A DNA stretch of 63,652 nt, counting the filler, from Lama guanicoe (taxonomy: Eukaryota): assembly GCA_013239625.1 (NCBI GenBank). It is 136 parts of 136 records of this genome, joined end to end, with 100 filler letters (N's around TTAATTAATTAA, not from the genome) between each part and the next. Parts side by side here need not be neighbours in the genome. Positions count along the whole stretch, not along the records: positions 1 to 368 come from PNXV01058388.1; positions 469 to 835 come from PNXV01058389.1; positions 936 to 1,303 come from PNXV01058390.1; positions 1,404 to 1,771 come from PNXV01058391.1; positions 1,872 to 2,239 come from PNXV01058392.1; positions 2,340 to 2,707 come from PNXV01058393.1; positions 2,808 to 3,175 come from PNXV01058394.1; positions 3,276 to 3,643 come from PNXV01058395.1; 128 more parts are not named here. One strand, given 5' to 3'. A program made the translations under genes and the position numbers. The notes beneath the pieces are model-generated. The model saw only the letters and a list, made by a program, of their open reading frames with translations, had not been told where the DNA came from and made no database searches. Shown here in pieces: positions 1-12,915 of the stretch (position 1 is the stretch's first letter; each line of letters begins with the position of its first letter).

Positions 1-368
1 CACTTTGAGTTAGTTTTTGTAAATTTATTTGTAAATACTATAAGATACATATCAAAGTTCATTACAAATATGGCTATCCAATAATTGCTTTTTGCATTTC
101 TTTCAAAAATCAATTGACCATAAACATAAGGGTTTACTTCTAGAATCTTAGTTCTTTTTCACTCACCCATTTCTGTAACTTTACATCAATATCATGCTGT
201 CTTGATTATTTAGCTTTCTTTGTGTTTGAATAAGGTAGGCAGTATAGCTGTGTTCTTTTTCAGGGTTGACTTGGTTATTCTAGGCCTTTTCAATTTCCAG
301 AATAATTTTATACTCAAGTGCACAATATTTTCACCAAAAAATTTTGCTTGAATTTTGATTAAGACTGA
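1..368 (-). mobile_element. Old LINE-1 ORF2 fragment
   Basis: Antisense L1 ORF2-like text (caaaaatcaattgacca..., catgctgtcttgattat..., gttattctaggcc...), heavily diverged. Confidence 0.75.
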
Positions 369-468
369 NNNNNNNNNNNNNNNNNNNNNNNNNNNNNNNN
401 NNNNNNNNNNNNTTAATTAATTAANNNNNNNNNNNNNNNNNNNNNNNNNNNNNNNNNNNNNNNNNNNN

Positions 469-547
469 CATGAGGTCCTGGGTTCAATCCCCAGTACTTC
501 CTCTAAAAATAAACAAATAAGTAAACCTAATTATCCCCCCCAAAAAA
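469..547 (+). mobile_element. tRNA-derived SINE, 3' half (camelid-type)
   Basis: catgaggtcctgggttcaatccccagtac (tRNA T-arm/B-box) followed by an A-rich tail and aaacctaatt-ccccccc-aaaaaa. Confidence 0.85.
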
Positions 548-967
548 GCCAAGAACAAGAAGTTGGCCTATCAATAATGCAGTGATGTAGTGAGAAATCA
601 AAGGAACAGCAGGAGCAGCTAAGACTCACCACATACTTATTCTGTGCTAAGCAGAGAAAAGCGATTTTGGTGGACTGGCTTCTCTCTTTGCCACAGATAT
701 TGAAATTTCTAGGCAAAAGACATCAGAGGACCTGCCTGTGAGTCACCAGCCATTCTCTGCAGAAGCACATCTGGAGACGAGCATCCCCACCTGTCATAAG
801 ACACCAGCTCTTCTGTCTCCCCTTCAAGGCCCTCCNNNNNNNNNNNNNNNNNNNNNNNNNNNNNNNNNNNNNNNNNNNNTTAATTAATTAANNNNNNNNN
901 NNNNNNNNNNNNNNNNNNNNNNNNNNNNNNNNNNNTTGTTTTCCTCTTAAATATTAATCATTAGGAT

Positions 968-1303
968 TTGATTTCATTCTTTTTATGGCTGAGTAATACT
1001 CCACTGTATATAGATACGCCATTTTCTTCAATGATTCATCCATTGATGGACACTTAAGACCTAGGTTGCTGACCTGCCCTGGCTGTTGTAAATAGTGCTG
1101 CAGTGAACACGGGGTTCAGGTATCTTTTAGAGATCATGTTTTCATTTCTGTTGGGTAAACACCCAGAAGTGAAATTGCTGGATCAGATGTTAGTTTTATT
1201 TTTAATGTTTTGAAGACCCTCCAAACTTTTTTCTATAGTGGCTTCACCAAATTACATTTCCATCAACAGTGCACAAAAGTTCCCTTTTCTACAATCCTCA
1301 CCA
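968..1303 (-). mobile_element. LINE-1 ORF2 C-terminus fragment
   Basis: tttcattctttttatggctgagtaat...aatagtgctgcagtgaaca...gaagtgaaattgctggatc...catcaacagtgcacaaaagttcccttttct, typical antisense L1. Confidence 0.9.
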
Positions 1304-3611
1304 NNNNNNNNNNNNNNNNNNNNNNNNNNNNNNNNNNNNNNNNNNNNTTAATTAATTAANNNNNNNNNNNNNNNNNNNNNNNNNNNNNNNNNNNNNNNNN
1401 NNNGTGCATCCACTGCCTCCTGTACAGACCTCAGAGAAGAAAGGGCTACACGGGGTAAACATCAAAAGAGGTTGGTGAGATGTGCTCTCTAGAGGTCATA
1501 TGAGACTGGAAAGGTTCTCATTGCCTCAAATATCCTGAAAGGAAGGCTGCCTAAAGGCACAAGCTTAGGGATCCACATGGACTGAAGGAGAATTTTAAGA
1601 ACAGGGAGATTCACCATCAGAACCCGCACAGCTTCACAAAGTCCCTTGGCCTCTCCATCATCTCTTTGTCCCTCTCATCAGAGCGAAAGCAAAACCAACC
1701 TCAGATGCTCTCCATTAATTTCTGCCTTGCCCAGTGCACTTTGCATTCTAAAGGAGAACCACTTGCAGGGANNNNNNNNNNNNNNNNNNNNNNNNNNNNN
1801 NNNNNNNNNNNNNNNTTAATTAATTAANNNNNNNNNNNNNNNNNNNNNNNNNNNNNNNNNNNNNNNNNNNNAAACAAAACAAAACAAAAATCACCTTAAT
1901 GGAAAGTGAGGGGTGGGGACGAGAGGCAATGTAGATGCCATGGTCTCATAATAGAGGGACCAGCCACTCTGAACTTCAAGGGGCTGGAACTTGGCTGACT
2001 TTGTGGAAGAGTGGCTTTATTGGATTTTTCTTTTCTCCTGAGTTCCAATAAACTAGCATAATATTGACCTTCAGGGCAAGTAGAAAATCCATAGTTTCAT
2101 GCTGGACTGCATAAAAGTCAAGTTTCAGATTGGGCTTTTATTATTGATTCAAGTCCCAAGATTTTAAGTAAGAATTGTTATCTCATTCACTAGGATGCAG
2201 CTAAACTCCTATCTCTGACATTTTTTTTTTTTAGCTGTANNNNNNNNNNNNNNNNNNNNNNNNNNNNNNNNNNNNNNNNNNNNTTAATTAATTAANNNNN
2301 NNNNNNNNNNNNNNNNNNNNNNNNNNNNNNNNNNNNNNNTTTTTTTTTCTCATGAAAAATTTAGTTGAAGTGGAGATGGGGCTGATAACCTGTTGGATTC
2401 TCTAGCTTATACTTTAGAGATCTTGGTCACTAAAACTTTTTTCCCATTAATGTGAGATTTGGAGGATTGGAGATCTGGACCTGCTTGTTAAAGACAACTC
2501 CTCTGGCTACCAGCTGTCTACCCACAGGTAACTGGCTTGATGTGGCCTACAGGTCACTGTAGGCCCAAGCTGGAGCACTAAACCAGCCCTGATGTTTGTG
2601 ACACATACTGTGTCATTGCTGGCAGTGCTCAGGAAATCCGAATCCTTCCCACCCCATTGTCCATACTAAGCGTACAACCCGACAGAGTCACGTTCAAAGA
2701 CTAGTCANNNNNNNNNNNNNNNNNNNNNNNNNNNNNNNNNNNNNNNNNNNNTTAATTAATTAANNNNNNNNNNNNNNNNNNNNNNNNNNNNNNNNNNNNN
2801 NNNNNNNGGTGCAACGGGACGTCCCGCACACCGTGTTCCCTCCGCAGGGCACACCGAAGACGGGAAGGACAGGCCACGTCGCCACGAGGAAAGTCCACGG
2901 GGACAAGACGCATCAAGGCTGGCCAGACCCCAGGCGTCCTCATCAGAACACTGCCCTGAGCCAGCCGCCCGCCCCTCCTCTGACTCTGACGCAGTAACGG
3001 GGCCCAGGCTCGCCCAGAGACGCCCAGAGGGTCAGGAGCCCAGCCCGCTACCCGCAGGCTGTGGCTCTGCCCCCAGGACTGGCCGCTGACCACAGGCACT
3101 CAGCAGTTTGCTTTTAGCACAGCAGGGACCAAACGACTTTTTTTAAAGGTGCCTAGACAGCAAATCAGAAAAATANNNNNNNNNNNNNNNNNNNNNNNNN
3201 NNNNNNNNNNNNNNNNNNNTTAATTAATTAANNNNNNNNNNNNNNNNNNNNNNNNNNNNNNNNNNNNNNNNNNNNTTTTTTTCATATTTAGGTTATATAT
3301 TTGTTTTCTTTCCAGGTGAATTCTTAATAGATCCATTTGTAATCCATGGGAAAAATACTTTTATTTACATTTAATTTTTAAAGCTAGGAAGGATGCACAT
3401 AAAGAGATGTGAAATATTTGAATGGAGGTGGGGAGTTATTTTTCCCAAAAGCCTGAGGCTCAGCAGACTGCAGCTGTAATTTGTCTCAGCTTGGAGAGTT
3501 GGACATTCACAGCGTAGTAGCAAGACCAAGTATATGGTGGTGGGAAATGTTGAGAACAGAACCCCCATACTGGTTGGGTTTTTGGGCTAATGCTGCTCTT
3601 TGTAAGGTTGT

Positions 3612-3631
3612 GTGGCTCCCTCTAGTGGCCA
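3612..3631 (-). promoter_or_regulatory. CTCF core motif (candidate)
   Basis: Minus strand TGGCCACTAGAGGGAGCCAC matches the CTCF consensus CCASYAGRKGGCRS closely. Motif match only. Confidence 0.5.
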
Positions 3632-5147
3632 CTGTCATCTTCTNNNNNNNNNNNNNNNNNNNNNNNNNNNNNNNNNNNNNNNNNNNNTTAATTAATTAAN
3701 NNNNNNNNNNNNNNNNNNNNNNNNNNNNNNNNNNNNNNNNNNNTGTCTTTCAACTTGCCTCACGTTAAATAGAGGAGTGGACAAGCCTTCTTCATAAAGA
3801 GATGGGTAAATTTTGATACCAATGTATGCATGTAAGTGCTCTAAGCATCAAAATTCAGTCTTTTTACTCTATGCATTGTTTACACACAAACAGATCCTAC
3901 TTTGAAACAATTTATTTACTTTCAACAGCAGTAAGAAAACTAAGGATTATGGTCAGCAATGCTCCTTAAAGTTTAGAGTAACTACATAAGAGCATTCTTT
4001 TCCCCTTAAAATTACTTCTGCCGTCATAACCTGCCCAAATTTTAAGGTGAGTTTTTCCAACATTTGTATGTTCCAAATCTTCACAGAAACGAGAAAAAAG
4101 CAGTGAAGGCTNNNNNNNNNNNNNNNNNNNNNNNNNNNNNNNNNNNNNNNNNNNNTTAATTAATTAANNNNNNNNNNNNNNNNNNNNNNNNNNNNNNNNN
4201 NNNNNNNNNNNATATTGGGAATGACCCGAGCCCTTTGTCTCCAAATTGGAAGACAACTTTTTTCCTTCTTTTTCTTTTTTCTCTTAAGACAACTTTTTTT
4301 CTTGAAGTTGGCTTTCAAATTAATATAGAATGCTAACTGTGCATAGCCTTATGTGGTGTGAGAGCCACTCAAGGGAGTGGGGAAAGATATTGCTCCCAAA
4401 TCGTCCCATCTCTCTCTCTCTATTTTAAAAGTACTTCATATGTCGCTTTGAAGGAGAATTTTACCTTTAGAGTCAAATTCATGACAGTGCTGCTGGGGAT
4501 AAAAAGAATAACATACTTAGAGACTGTTCTTTTTACCAACACTGTCTCCATTGGCCTTAAAAAGCAGGTCCTCCTGAAANNNNNNNNNNNNNNNNNNNNN
4601 NNNNNNNNNNNNNNNNNNNNNNNTTAATTAATTAANNNNNNNNNNNNNNNNNNNNNNNNNNNNNNNNNNNNNNNNNNNNCAAACAAATGAAACAGATTAG
4701 GAAAATGTTCATGGCTATTTTAAATTAAGGGGAATCTGTTACCAAGGAGGAGAAAAGAGAGAGGAAAACCTAGCACTAGAGATAAAGGATGGAACAAGGA
4801 AAGCGTAATGAAGGACGACAAAGTCCAAGTTTTAAAAACTAGAATTTAATGCATTGTAATAAAGCCTAAGTGTATTCAAATGTTTTGGGTATTGACCGTA
4901 ATTTTTCTTTTGTGAGTTATGTTTTCAATTACTCAGCTGAATGAAAGTTCTGAATTCCTCTGCAGACAAGTTCGGCTGAGCGACCTCACCACCGCCCTTC
5001 AGAAAGCTACGCCTTCCTGGTGATTCAGCCCGCGCCTCCGCGCGCCCNNNNNNNNNNNNNNNNNNNNNNNNNNNNNNNNNNNNNNNNNNNNTTAATTAAT
5101 TAANNNNNNNNNNNNNNNNNNNNNNNNNNNNNNNNNNNNNNNNNNNN

Positions 5148-5515
5148 ACAAACACATGGAGGCTAAACAATATGCTACTAAACAACCAATGGATCAAAAA
5201 AGTACCTAAATGAAAATAAAAACATGATAATCCAAAACCTAAGGGAAGCAGCAAAGGCAGTTCTGAGAGGGAAGTTTATAGCAATACAAGCTACCTTAGG
5301 GAACAAGAAAACCTCAAGTAAGCAACCTAACCTTACACGTAAAGCAACCAGAGAAAGAAGAATGAAAAAAATCCCAAAGTCACTAGAAGGAAAGAAATCA
5401 TAAAGGTCACAGCAGAAATAAATGAAAAAGAGACTAAACAAATAGAAAAGATCAATGAAACTAAAAACTGGTTCTTTGAAAACATAAAAAAATTTAGTCA
5501 GACTCATCAAAAAAA
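5148..5515 (+). mobile_element. LINE-1 ORF2 fragment (end of endonuclease/linker), disrupted
   Basis: Encodes TNTWRLNNMLLNNQWI and AAKAVLRGKFIAIQA, with indels. Confidence 0.92.
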
Positions 5516-5615
5516 NNNNNNNNNNNNNNNNNNNNNNNNNNNNNNNNNNNNNNNNNNNNTTAATTAATTAANNNNNNNNNNNNNNNNNNNNNNNNNNNNN
5601 NNNNNNNNNNNNNNN

Positions 5616-5983
5616 TAGGAGGGCAGAGCCACGTGTATACTCAAACCCCATGCTCTTGGGTGGGTGGTTCAAGAACAGGAGACTAACTGCAGCTTCAGAG
5701 GCTCTCAAAGGATGAGGGGTCCCCGCCCACCACGCAGGGCCCGGCACCAGGAAGGAGAGCCCTGGGAGCAAGAGGCTTGGAAGCCAGTGGGGCTAACTTG
5801 CCAGAGTCCTGGACGGCCGGGTGAAACAGTGCCTCTGCTCTTAGAGGGCACATATGTGCTCTGGGGCCCAGAGAAGCAGCAGTAATTTGGAGAGTCTAGG
5901 TCAGACCTACCTGCTGATCTGGAGAGTCTCCCAGAGAGACAGGAGGCGGTTACAGCTCACGGCTCACCCTGGGGACACAGATA
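5616..5983 (+). mobile_element. Probable old L1 5'-region fragment
   Basis: Resembles L1M 5' sequence (gtcagacctacctgctgatctggagagtctcc...). Recognition from memory only. Confidence 0.45.
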
Positions 5984-7019
5984 NNNNNNNNNNNNNNNNN
6001 NNNNNNNNNNNNNNNNNNNNNNNNNNNTTAATTAATTAANNNNNNNNNNNNNNNNNNNNNNNNNNNNNNNNNNNNNNNNNNNNTTTAGGTTAGATTCAAA
6101 ACCACAGAGTCCCATCCTGTTGCAGCTGGAATCTAGGAGCCCTCAGTGACTGCAGCCCAGGGACAGTACCAGTCCCAGACCCCAACCTCTGGTTTACGAT
6201 TTATGAGGAAATTGGAGTCCAGAGAGGGAAAAAGACTTCAGAGAGGCCGACTGCAGGTCTCCAAATCTGGAGCAGAATAGAGGCCTCCAGAACCAAGGAA
6301 CTGACCAGAGGGGCTGTGTGTGAGTTACCCAGGATGGGGTTGGGGGGTGGCTTGAGCTGCACCCTCTGGGGCAGGTGGAGGGGGGCCCTGCTGGTTCCCA
6401 CTCATGGTTTTTCTCTTCATCACCATAGCCCCCTAATCCTGGTAGGGGTGGNNNNNNNNNNNNNNNNNNNNNNNNNNNNNNNNNNNNNNNNNNNNTTAAT
6501 TAATTAANNNNNNNNNNNNNNNNNNNNNNNNNNNNNNNNNNNNNNNNNNNNGATGGGAACCACGTGTGCACTGGCACGATTCCCCTTCACTTCACTGGGG
6601 AAACGGCTGGGGCATGCACCCACCCAGCACTGGGCCTGGTCCTGCTGCTCCCGTGTGGTGTGAGGGTGGCTGGAGGGGTGCGAGAACCAGGGTCTGGTCT
6701 GTGCTTTGCTCTGACGGCTGTGTGTTCTCCAGCAGGAGGGGCGGCCCTGGGCCCATCGAGGAGGAGTAGGGGACCCCCCACCACAACCACTGTGCCCACC
6801 TGCCTCCTCTTGACAGGAGGTTGGATTGGGTGACGTAAAGGCCTCTTGGTATTTGTAGGTGACCCAAGGCTGGATGAGCTGCTTTATTCTCATCCTTGGG
6901 CTGAGGGGTCCCCTAAGACNNNNNNNNNNNNNNNNNNNNNNNNNNNNNNNNNNNNNNNNNNNNTTAATTAATTAANNNNNNNNNNNNNNNNNNNNNNNNN
7001 NNNNNNNNNNNNNNNNNNN

Positions 7020-7107
7020 TACACTGGAATTTGACACAACATTGTAAGATAATTATAAATCAATAAAAGATGTTAGAAAAATTAAAAATAAAAATGAATA
7101 AAAAAAT
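7020..7107 (+). mobile_element. Young LINE-1 3' terminus and poly(A) tail
   Basis: tacactggaatttgacacaacattgtaa...aatcaataaaa...A-rich. The same terminus recurs at 24340, 31228, 40131(-) and 49501(-). Confidence 0.85.
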
Positions 7108-8182
7108 TTTTCAAAACTTTATTGGTTATTTCTAATTATGAACATTTTTAAAAAAAAATTTTGTAGAATGAGAGATGTCTTATATGTCACTGTGTAAGAG
7201 ATGAGAAAACACAGATAATTTACTCCATGATTATTTTATCCCATCAGAAAAGAAGTCTGAAGTCACAACTAACTGTTAGAAGATAATATATATAAGTTTT
7301 TTTTTACTTAATTTAAGTCTAAGGTGGTAAACTCTAAAATACACACACAAGCTGACTGGAATCCTGAAACACTAAAGCCAATCTCTNNNNNNNNNNNNNN
7401 NNNNNNNNNNNNNNNNNNNNNNNNNNNNNNTTAATTAATTAANNNNNNNNNNNNNNNNNNNNNNNNNNNNNNNNNNNNNNNNNNNNATGGACCTCAGAGT
7501 AAGTACTTAGGCAAGTGCTGGGTTCCTAGTCAATTGTTCAGGTATTCCCTCGAGTGACAGGAGCCTACAGCCAGGGATGCTAGAGCGGCTGAGATTGGCC
7601 AGAAGGGCACCCGGTACCTGCAGGAAAGGCAAGTGGAGTTTGCTCCCGGGATCCTAGGCTGAGATCATCCCTGGATCTTCATGGGGACGGCGACAGCCTG
7701 GCAATTGCAAGGGGAGTGTGGCCACAGGGAGCTGCCACTCGTGACGGGGAAGGATAACAGCCCAGCACAGGGGTCTGGGGCTCCCTCCTGGCCCTCGCCT
7801 GTGTGGGCATCTTGAAGACCCTGCACCCATCCTTGGGACAGTCACGCGGTAAGTNNNNNNNNNNNNNNNNNNNNNNNNNNNNNNNNNNNNNNNNNNNNTT
7901 AATTAATTAANNNNNNNNNNNNNNNNNNNNNNNNNNNNNNNNNNNNNNNNNNNNACCTTGAGCCTTTCCCAGGAATGGGAAGGAAGCTAGGAACTGCTCA
8001 GCAGGGTTAGGAAGACAGTGTCTCATGAGGATGCCAAATGTGCTGTTGGATGGATTTTTCTAGTTTAAGCTCTCCGTCTTATTATTAAAGTTATTTTAAC
8101 TTACTCGTTAGTAAGGATATTTGTTTATTATGATTTACAATGTTGTCTTTTGGTCTCGTGCAGTTGCATCCTGCTTACCTAG

Positions 8183-8322
<140 letters not shown>

Positions 8323-8890
8323 NNNNNNNNNNNNNNNNNNNNNNNNNNNNNNNNNNNNNNNNNNNNTTAATTAATTAANNNNNNNNNNNNNNNNNNNNNN
8401 NNNNNNNNNNNNNNNNNNNNNNAAAAAATCATCTACTTGCCCCTGAATTCTTTCCTCCAGAAGCATCTATAGATATCGAGAATTTGTGGGATTGCCATGT
8501 TGGGAAGATACATCAATTTAGGTCATGTGGTTGGAGCCCTGAGAACTGACAATAGACAGATGAGCAAGCTTTTGTCCTGTTCCTCCCGTGGGAGCCCTCA
8601 TTAGTGAGTAATTCAGAATAGACAGAAGTAAGAGTTTATGTATCAGCTTAACAAAAGGGGTGGTGGTAATGAGGACTTGACAGGGAAAGTATGGAAGGCC
8701 TTTTCATCCTGATGCGAGTGAGCAGCCTCCTTCCTGGCTGGAAGCTTTCCTGGAGTGGAGGGGGTTTCAGGCAGTTAATTCTATACTTCTNNNNNNNNNN
8801 NNNNNNNNNNNNNNNNNNNNNNNNNNNNNNNNNNTTAATTAATTAANNNNNNNNNNNNNNNNNNNNNNNNNNNNNNNNNNNNNNNNNNNN

Positions 8891-9258
8891 CCCACTGGTT
8901 TATTCCACTGGGGCATTCGTAGCGGCATATTCTCCTCTGCTTTATTCCACTTGGGCATGCACCGCTGAGTATTCTCGCAGGTTTATTCCACTGGGACATG
9001 CACCGCGGGGTATTTCCCACTGGTTTATTCCACTGTGTCATGCATGGCGGTGTTGGCCCCACTGGTTTATTTCACTGCGGAATGCACAGCGGTGTATTCT
9101 GCACTGGTTTATTCCACTGGGGAATGTTTCCCGGCGTAGACCCCACAGGTTTATTCCACAGTGGCATGCACCGTGCCGTATTCCCCACTGGTTTATTCCA
9201 CTAGGGTATGCACCGCGGTGAATAACTCACTGGATTATTCCACTGGCTCATACACCGC
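8891..9258. repeat. 42-bp tandem repeat/satellite, ~8.8 diverged copies filling the contig
   Basis: Anchor ggtttattccac (or 1-nt variants) at 8897, 8939, 8980, 9022, 9064, 9106, 9148, 9190 and 9232: spacing 42, once 41. Confidence 0.95.
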
Positions 9259-9706
9259 NNNNNNNNNNNNNNNNNNNNNNNNNNNNNNNNNNNNNNNNNN
9301 NNTTAATTAATTAANNNNNNNNNNNNNNNNNNNNNNNNNNNNNNNNNNNNNNNNNNNNTGAATGCATATGCTGGATGTCCTATGACAAATTAAGTGTCTG
9401 ATGTCCCACATTGTGAGAGGATTTCCCAAAGGTCAAAAGGCTGGAGAGGCCAAAAGTCAATCCATGTCTAACTAATTGCGTCCAAGTCACTGAGTGGGCT
9501 TCTCTGATCAATATATTAAGGTTTAAATTGGTTTAATGCTGTGGACTTCAACTCTGCCAATCACACCCTCCTCCCAAGACCCCACGCAGCAGAGCAGAGG
9601 AATTTCTCACTCATAAACTTCCTCCACCCAATGACTTCTATCCTCTGCCCCTTCATGTCATATGGCTTGGTGAGGAGAATGCTGGCTGCCACTCCCACCC
9701 ATCTCT

Positions 9707-9726
9707 ACACACATACACACACACAC
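9707..9726 (+). repeat. (CA)n microsatellite at contig end
   Basis: acacacatacacacacacac. Confidence 0.85.
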
Positions 9727-9826
9727 NNNNNNNNNNNNNNNNNNNNNNNNNNNNNNNNNNNNNNNNNNNNTTAATTAATTAANNNNNNNNNNNNNNNNNN
9801 NNNNNNNNNNNNNNNNNNNNNNNNNN

Positions 9827-10194
9827 GTGTGTTAATAACTGCCCACTGAAGCATTTTTATGACTGTTGCTTTAAAGTGCTGGTCAGTTTCTAACATCTGC
9901 GTTAGGCTGGTGTTGGTGTGTGTTGGTCGTCCCTTCTCATTCAAGCTGAGACATCCTCGGCTCTTGTTACAGCAAATTATTTTCAGCTGAAACCTGGGCA
10001 CTGCATCTCATGCCATGAGATTCTGGACGTTGCTTACATCTATTTACGCAGGCTTCTTCTAACACTGCTCTGGTAGAGGAAGGGTAGCTCTCCCCCTCGC
10101 TAGTGCCTGTGTGTGTGGAAGTCCAGGACTCCCACTTGGCCTCTACTGACACCTGGGAGTTGGGGTGGAGGGCTCCTCATTACTGCTCCCCACC
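9827..10194 (-). mobile_element. Old L1 (L1M-type) 5'-region fragment
   Basis: gcccactgaagcatttttatgactgttgctttaaa...ttctcattcaagctgaga, resembles antisense old-L1 5' sequence. Confidence 0.55.
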
Positions 10195-10504
10195 NNNNNN
10201 NNNNNNNNNNNNNNNNNNNNNNNNNNNNNNNNNNNNNNTTAATTAATTAANNNNNNNNNNNNNNNNNNNNNNNNNNNNNNNNNNNNNNNNNNNNTGTGAG
10301 CTTGTTTGAGTGAGAGGGCCCAGGAATCGCTGTCAGGCAGGTGAAGGAAAGCCCCTGGCACCATCATTGGGCGTAATGACTAGTCCAATGGCTTGAAAAA
10401 GACAGAGGCTAAGAGTCACTGAGGGAGAGTATTTGGAAACTGGTATACCAGCTCCAAAGAGCCAGGGTTTTAGGGACAGAGGTAGCATCCAGGAGCAGAC
10501 ATTT

Positions 10505-10662
10505 TAAAAATGATACAAATGAACTTATTTACAAGCCAGAGATAAACTCATAGACATAGAAAACAAACTATGATTACCAAAAGGGGAAAGAGTGAGGAGA
10601 AGGGGTAAATAGAAGTTTGAGATTAACATATACACACTACTATATATAAAATAGATAAACAA
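10505..10662 (+). mobile_element. LINE-1 3'UTR fragment
   Basis: aaaaatgatacaaatgaacttatttacaa...catagaaaacaaacta...cacactactatatataaaatagataaacaa. Confidence 0.9.
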
Positions 10663-10884
10663 NNNNNNNNNNNNNNNNNNNNNNNNNNNNNNNNNNNNNN
10701 NNNNNNTTAATTAATTAANNNNNNNNNNNNNNNNNNNNNNNNNNNNNNNNNNNNNNNNNNNNTGCATTTTGCCTTTTCATGTAATAACAGATTTTAGAGG
10801 CTGGTTTATATTAGTACACACAGAACTATCCCATTCTGGGTAACAGTCACCAAGTTCAGAAAGAATGGCGTGGAGAATTGTTCT

Positions 10885-11010
10885 TTTTAGAGCTTAGAAG
10901 GACATTAGAGATCCTGGAATCCATCCCTCGGTTTTTATCAATCAGAAAAGCACAGCCCATGAGGTAAAATTTCTGGACCTGAAGCAGCTGGTGACTTAGA
11001 GACAGAATTT
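10885..11010 (+). mobile_element. MIR SINE fragment
   Basis: ttagagcttagaaggacattagagatc...agcccatgaggtaaa...cagctggt, a degenerate MIR core. Confidence 0.5.
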
Positions 11011-12166
11011 ACATCACTCCTCACCAAGTAGGGTTCCTGCTGTGTTCTTGATGGGCAGGTCCGAAGACAAGTGGGGCATCTCGCCTTCAAAGAACATCCC
11101 TCACATTCTCATCAGAAATATTTTTTTTTTNNNNNNNNNNNNNNNNNNNNNNNNNNNNNNNNNNNNNNNNNNNNTTAATTAATTAANNNNNNNNNNNNNN
11201 NNNNNNNNNNNNNNNNNNNNNNNNNNNNNNAGTGTATGTATGTGTTATAGTTTTTGTATAGAAAGAAGTAAGTTAAATTAAATTCTCTACATTTCATTTA
11301 GGAAAACACAGAAGAGCTTGAAAACTTTCAGAATGGCCTCAAGCAAAATGGTTACATTTTTAAAATAGCCCTCAAAGAGAGAGAAATCATCTATTTGAAA
11401 ACCTCATGTGGTTTATGTGATGTTACTTCCACTGTCCCGTAATATAATAATGTCCACAGGGCCTATTGAAAGATTAAGTATTGTATTTGTCTTTCAACCA
11501 AAATATCCAAGGGTTTTGTACTTTTAGGGCATTTCCTCAACCATCAATTCCTTTGCAGCCATTGGCTGATCCAAATTCATCCATTCTATTATGATTTTNN
11601 NNNNNNNNNNNNNNNNNNNNNNNNNNNNNNNNNNNNNNNNNNTTAATTAATTAANNNNNNNNNNNNNNNNNNNNNNNNNNNNNNNNNNNNNNNNNNNNTG
11701 GGCATGGTGACTGAAGGTGGGTCTAGAGAGCAGTGAATGCTAAATAGAAAACTCACTGAGGGAAGTAGGCTACAGAGTGTTGACAGGATAAAGTCAGATT
11801 CAATTTTTAGAAAGAGTGGCTCAGAAAAGGACCCAGTGAATGTGATATTTAAATAAAGAATCAAAGGAAGATATACAAATTTCACTTGACAATAAGAAAT
11901 TTAAGAAATTAAATATTCTTTATTTTTTCTACCTCATCCCATTACATTATTCCCACAGGTTCTGCACCTGGCATCTGTGCACATAACCCTTCACCCCCCA
12001 GAGAAGGCTGTGTATAGAAGAGTATTTCACAAAACTATGGTTTTATTTTTAATCCTACATTTTTTTNNNNNNNNNNNNNNNNNNNNNNNNNNNNNNNNNN
12101 NNNNNNNNNNTTAATTAATTAANNNNNNNNNNNNNNNNNNNNNNNNNNNNNNNNNNNNNNNNNNNN

Positions 12167-12534
12167 TGTCAACCTGGCTGGGCTAAGGCGCCCAGGTCTT
12201 TGATCCATGTTCTGTGAGGGTGGTTCTAGGTGAGGTTGACATTTAACTCAGTGGACTCTGAGTAAAGCAGATTGCCCTCCCTAGGGTGGGTGGGCCTCGT
12301 CCAATCAGGTGATGGCCTGAATAGAGCAAAAGACTGACCTCCCCAGGGTCAAGGGGGAATTCTGCAGCAGACAGCCTTCAGGCTGAATGGCACCAGTGGC
12401 TCTCCTGGGTCTGCAGCCAGACAGCCCACCCTGCAGATTTTGGACACACCAGCCTCCACAATCACATGAGCCAACGGTTTATGATAAACCTTCCCACAGA
12501 TACATGACCTCTTGGTTCTGTGGCTCTGCAGAAC
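12167..12534 (+). mobile_element. ERVL LTR (MLT2 family)
   Basis: tgtcaacctggctgggctaagg...gtggactctgagtaaagcagattgccctccc...gtgggcctcgtccaatcag...ctccacaatcacatgagccaa. Confidence 0.85.
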
Positions 12535-12659
12535 NNNNNNNNNNNNNNNNNNNNNNNNNNNNNNNNNNNNNNNNNNNNTTAATTAATTAANNNNNNNNNN
12601 NNNNNNNNNNNNNNNNNNNNNNNNNNNNNNNNNNATTGACATATATGGTTTACTTACTT

Positions 12660-12915
12660 ATTGAAGCATTGTTGATTTACAACATTATATTAGCTTCAGG
12701 TGTACAGCATAGTGATTGAATATTTTTGGAGTATTTTATACTCTATTATAAGTTATTATAAGATAATAGCTAGAATTCCTTGTGTTGTATAGTATATCCT
12801 TGTTGCTTATCTATTTTATACATCGTAGTATGTATCTGTTAATCCCATACCCTTAATTTGTTCCTCCCCTCCTTTCTTCTCCCATTTGGTAATCACCAGT
12901 TTCTTTTCTATATTT
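12660..12915 (-). mobile_element. LINE-1 3'UTR fragment
   Basis: gttgatttacaacattatattagcttcaggtgtacagcatagtgatt...tccttgttgcttatctatttta. Confidence 0.85.

Noticed and set aside
6733..6769. Possible short terminal exon (RRGGPGPIEEE*) after a CAG acceptor
   Set aside because: Too short and unrecognised; compatible with chance.
7765..7854. Signal-peptide-like segment (GVWGSLLALACVGILKTLHPSLGQSR) before a GTAAGT donor
   Set aside because: No in-frame ATG after the upstream TAA, and no recognisable protein.
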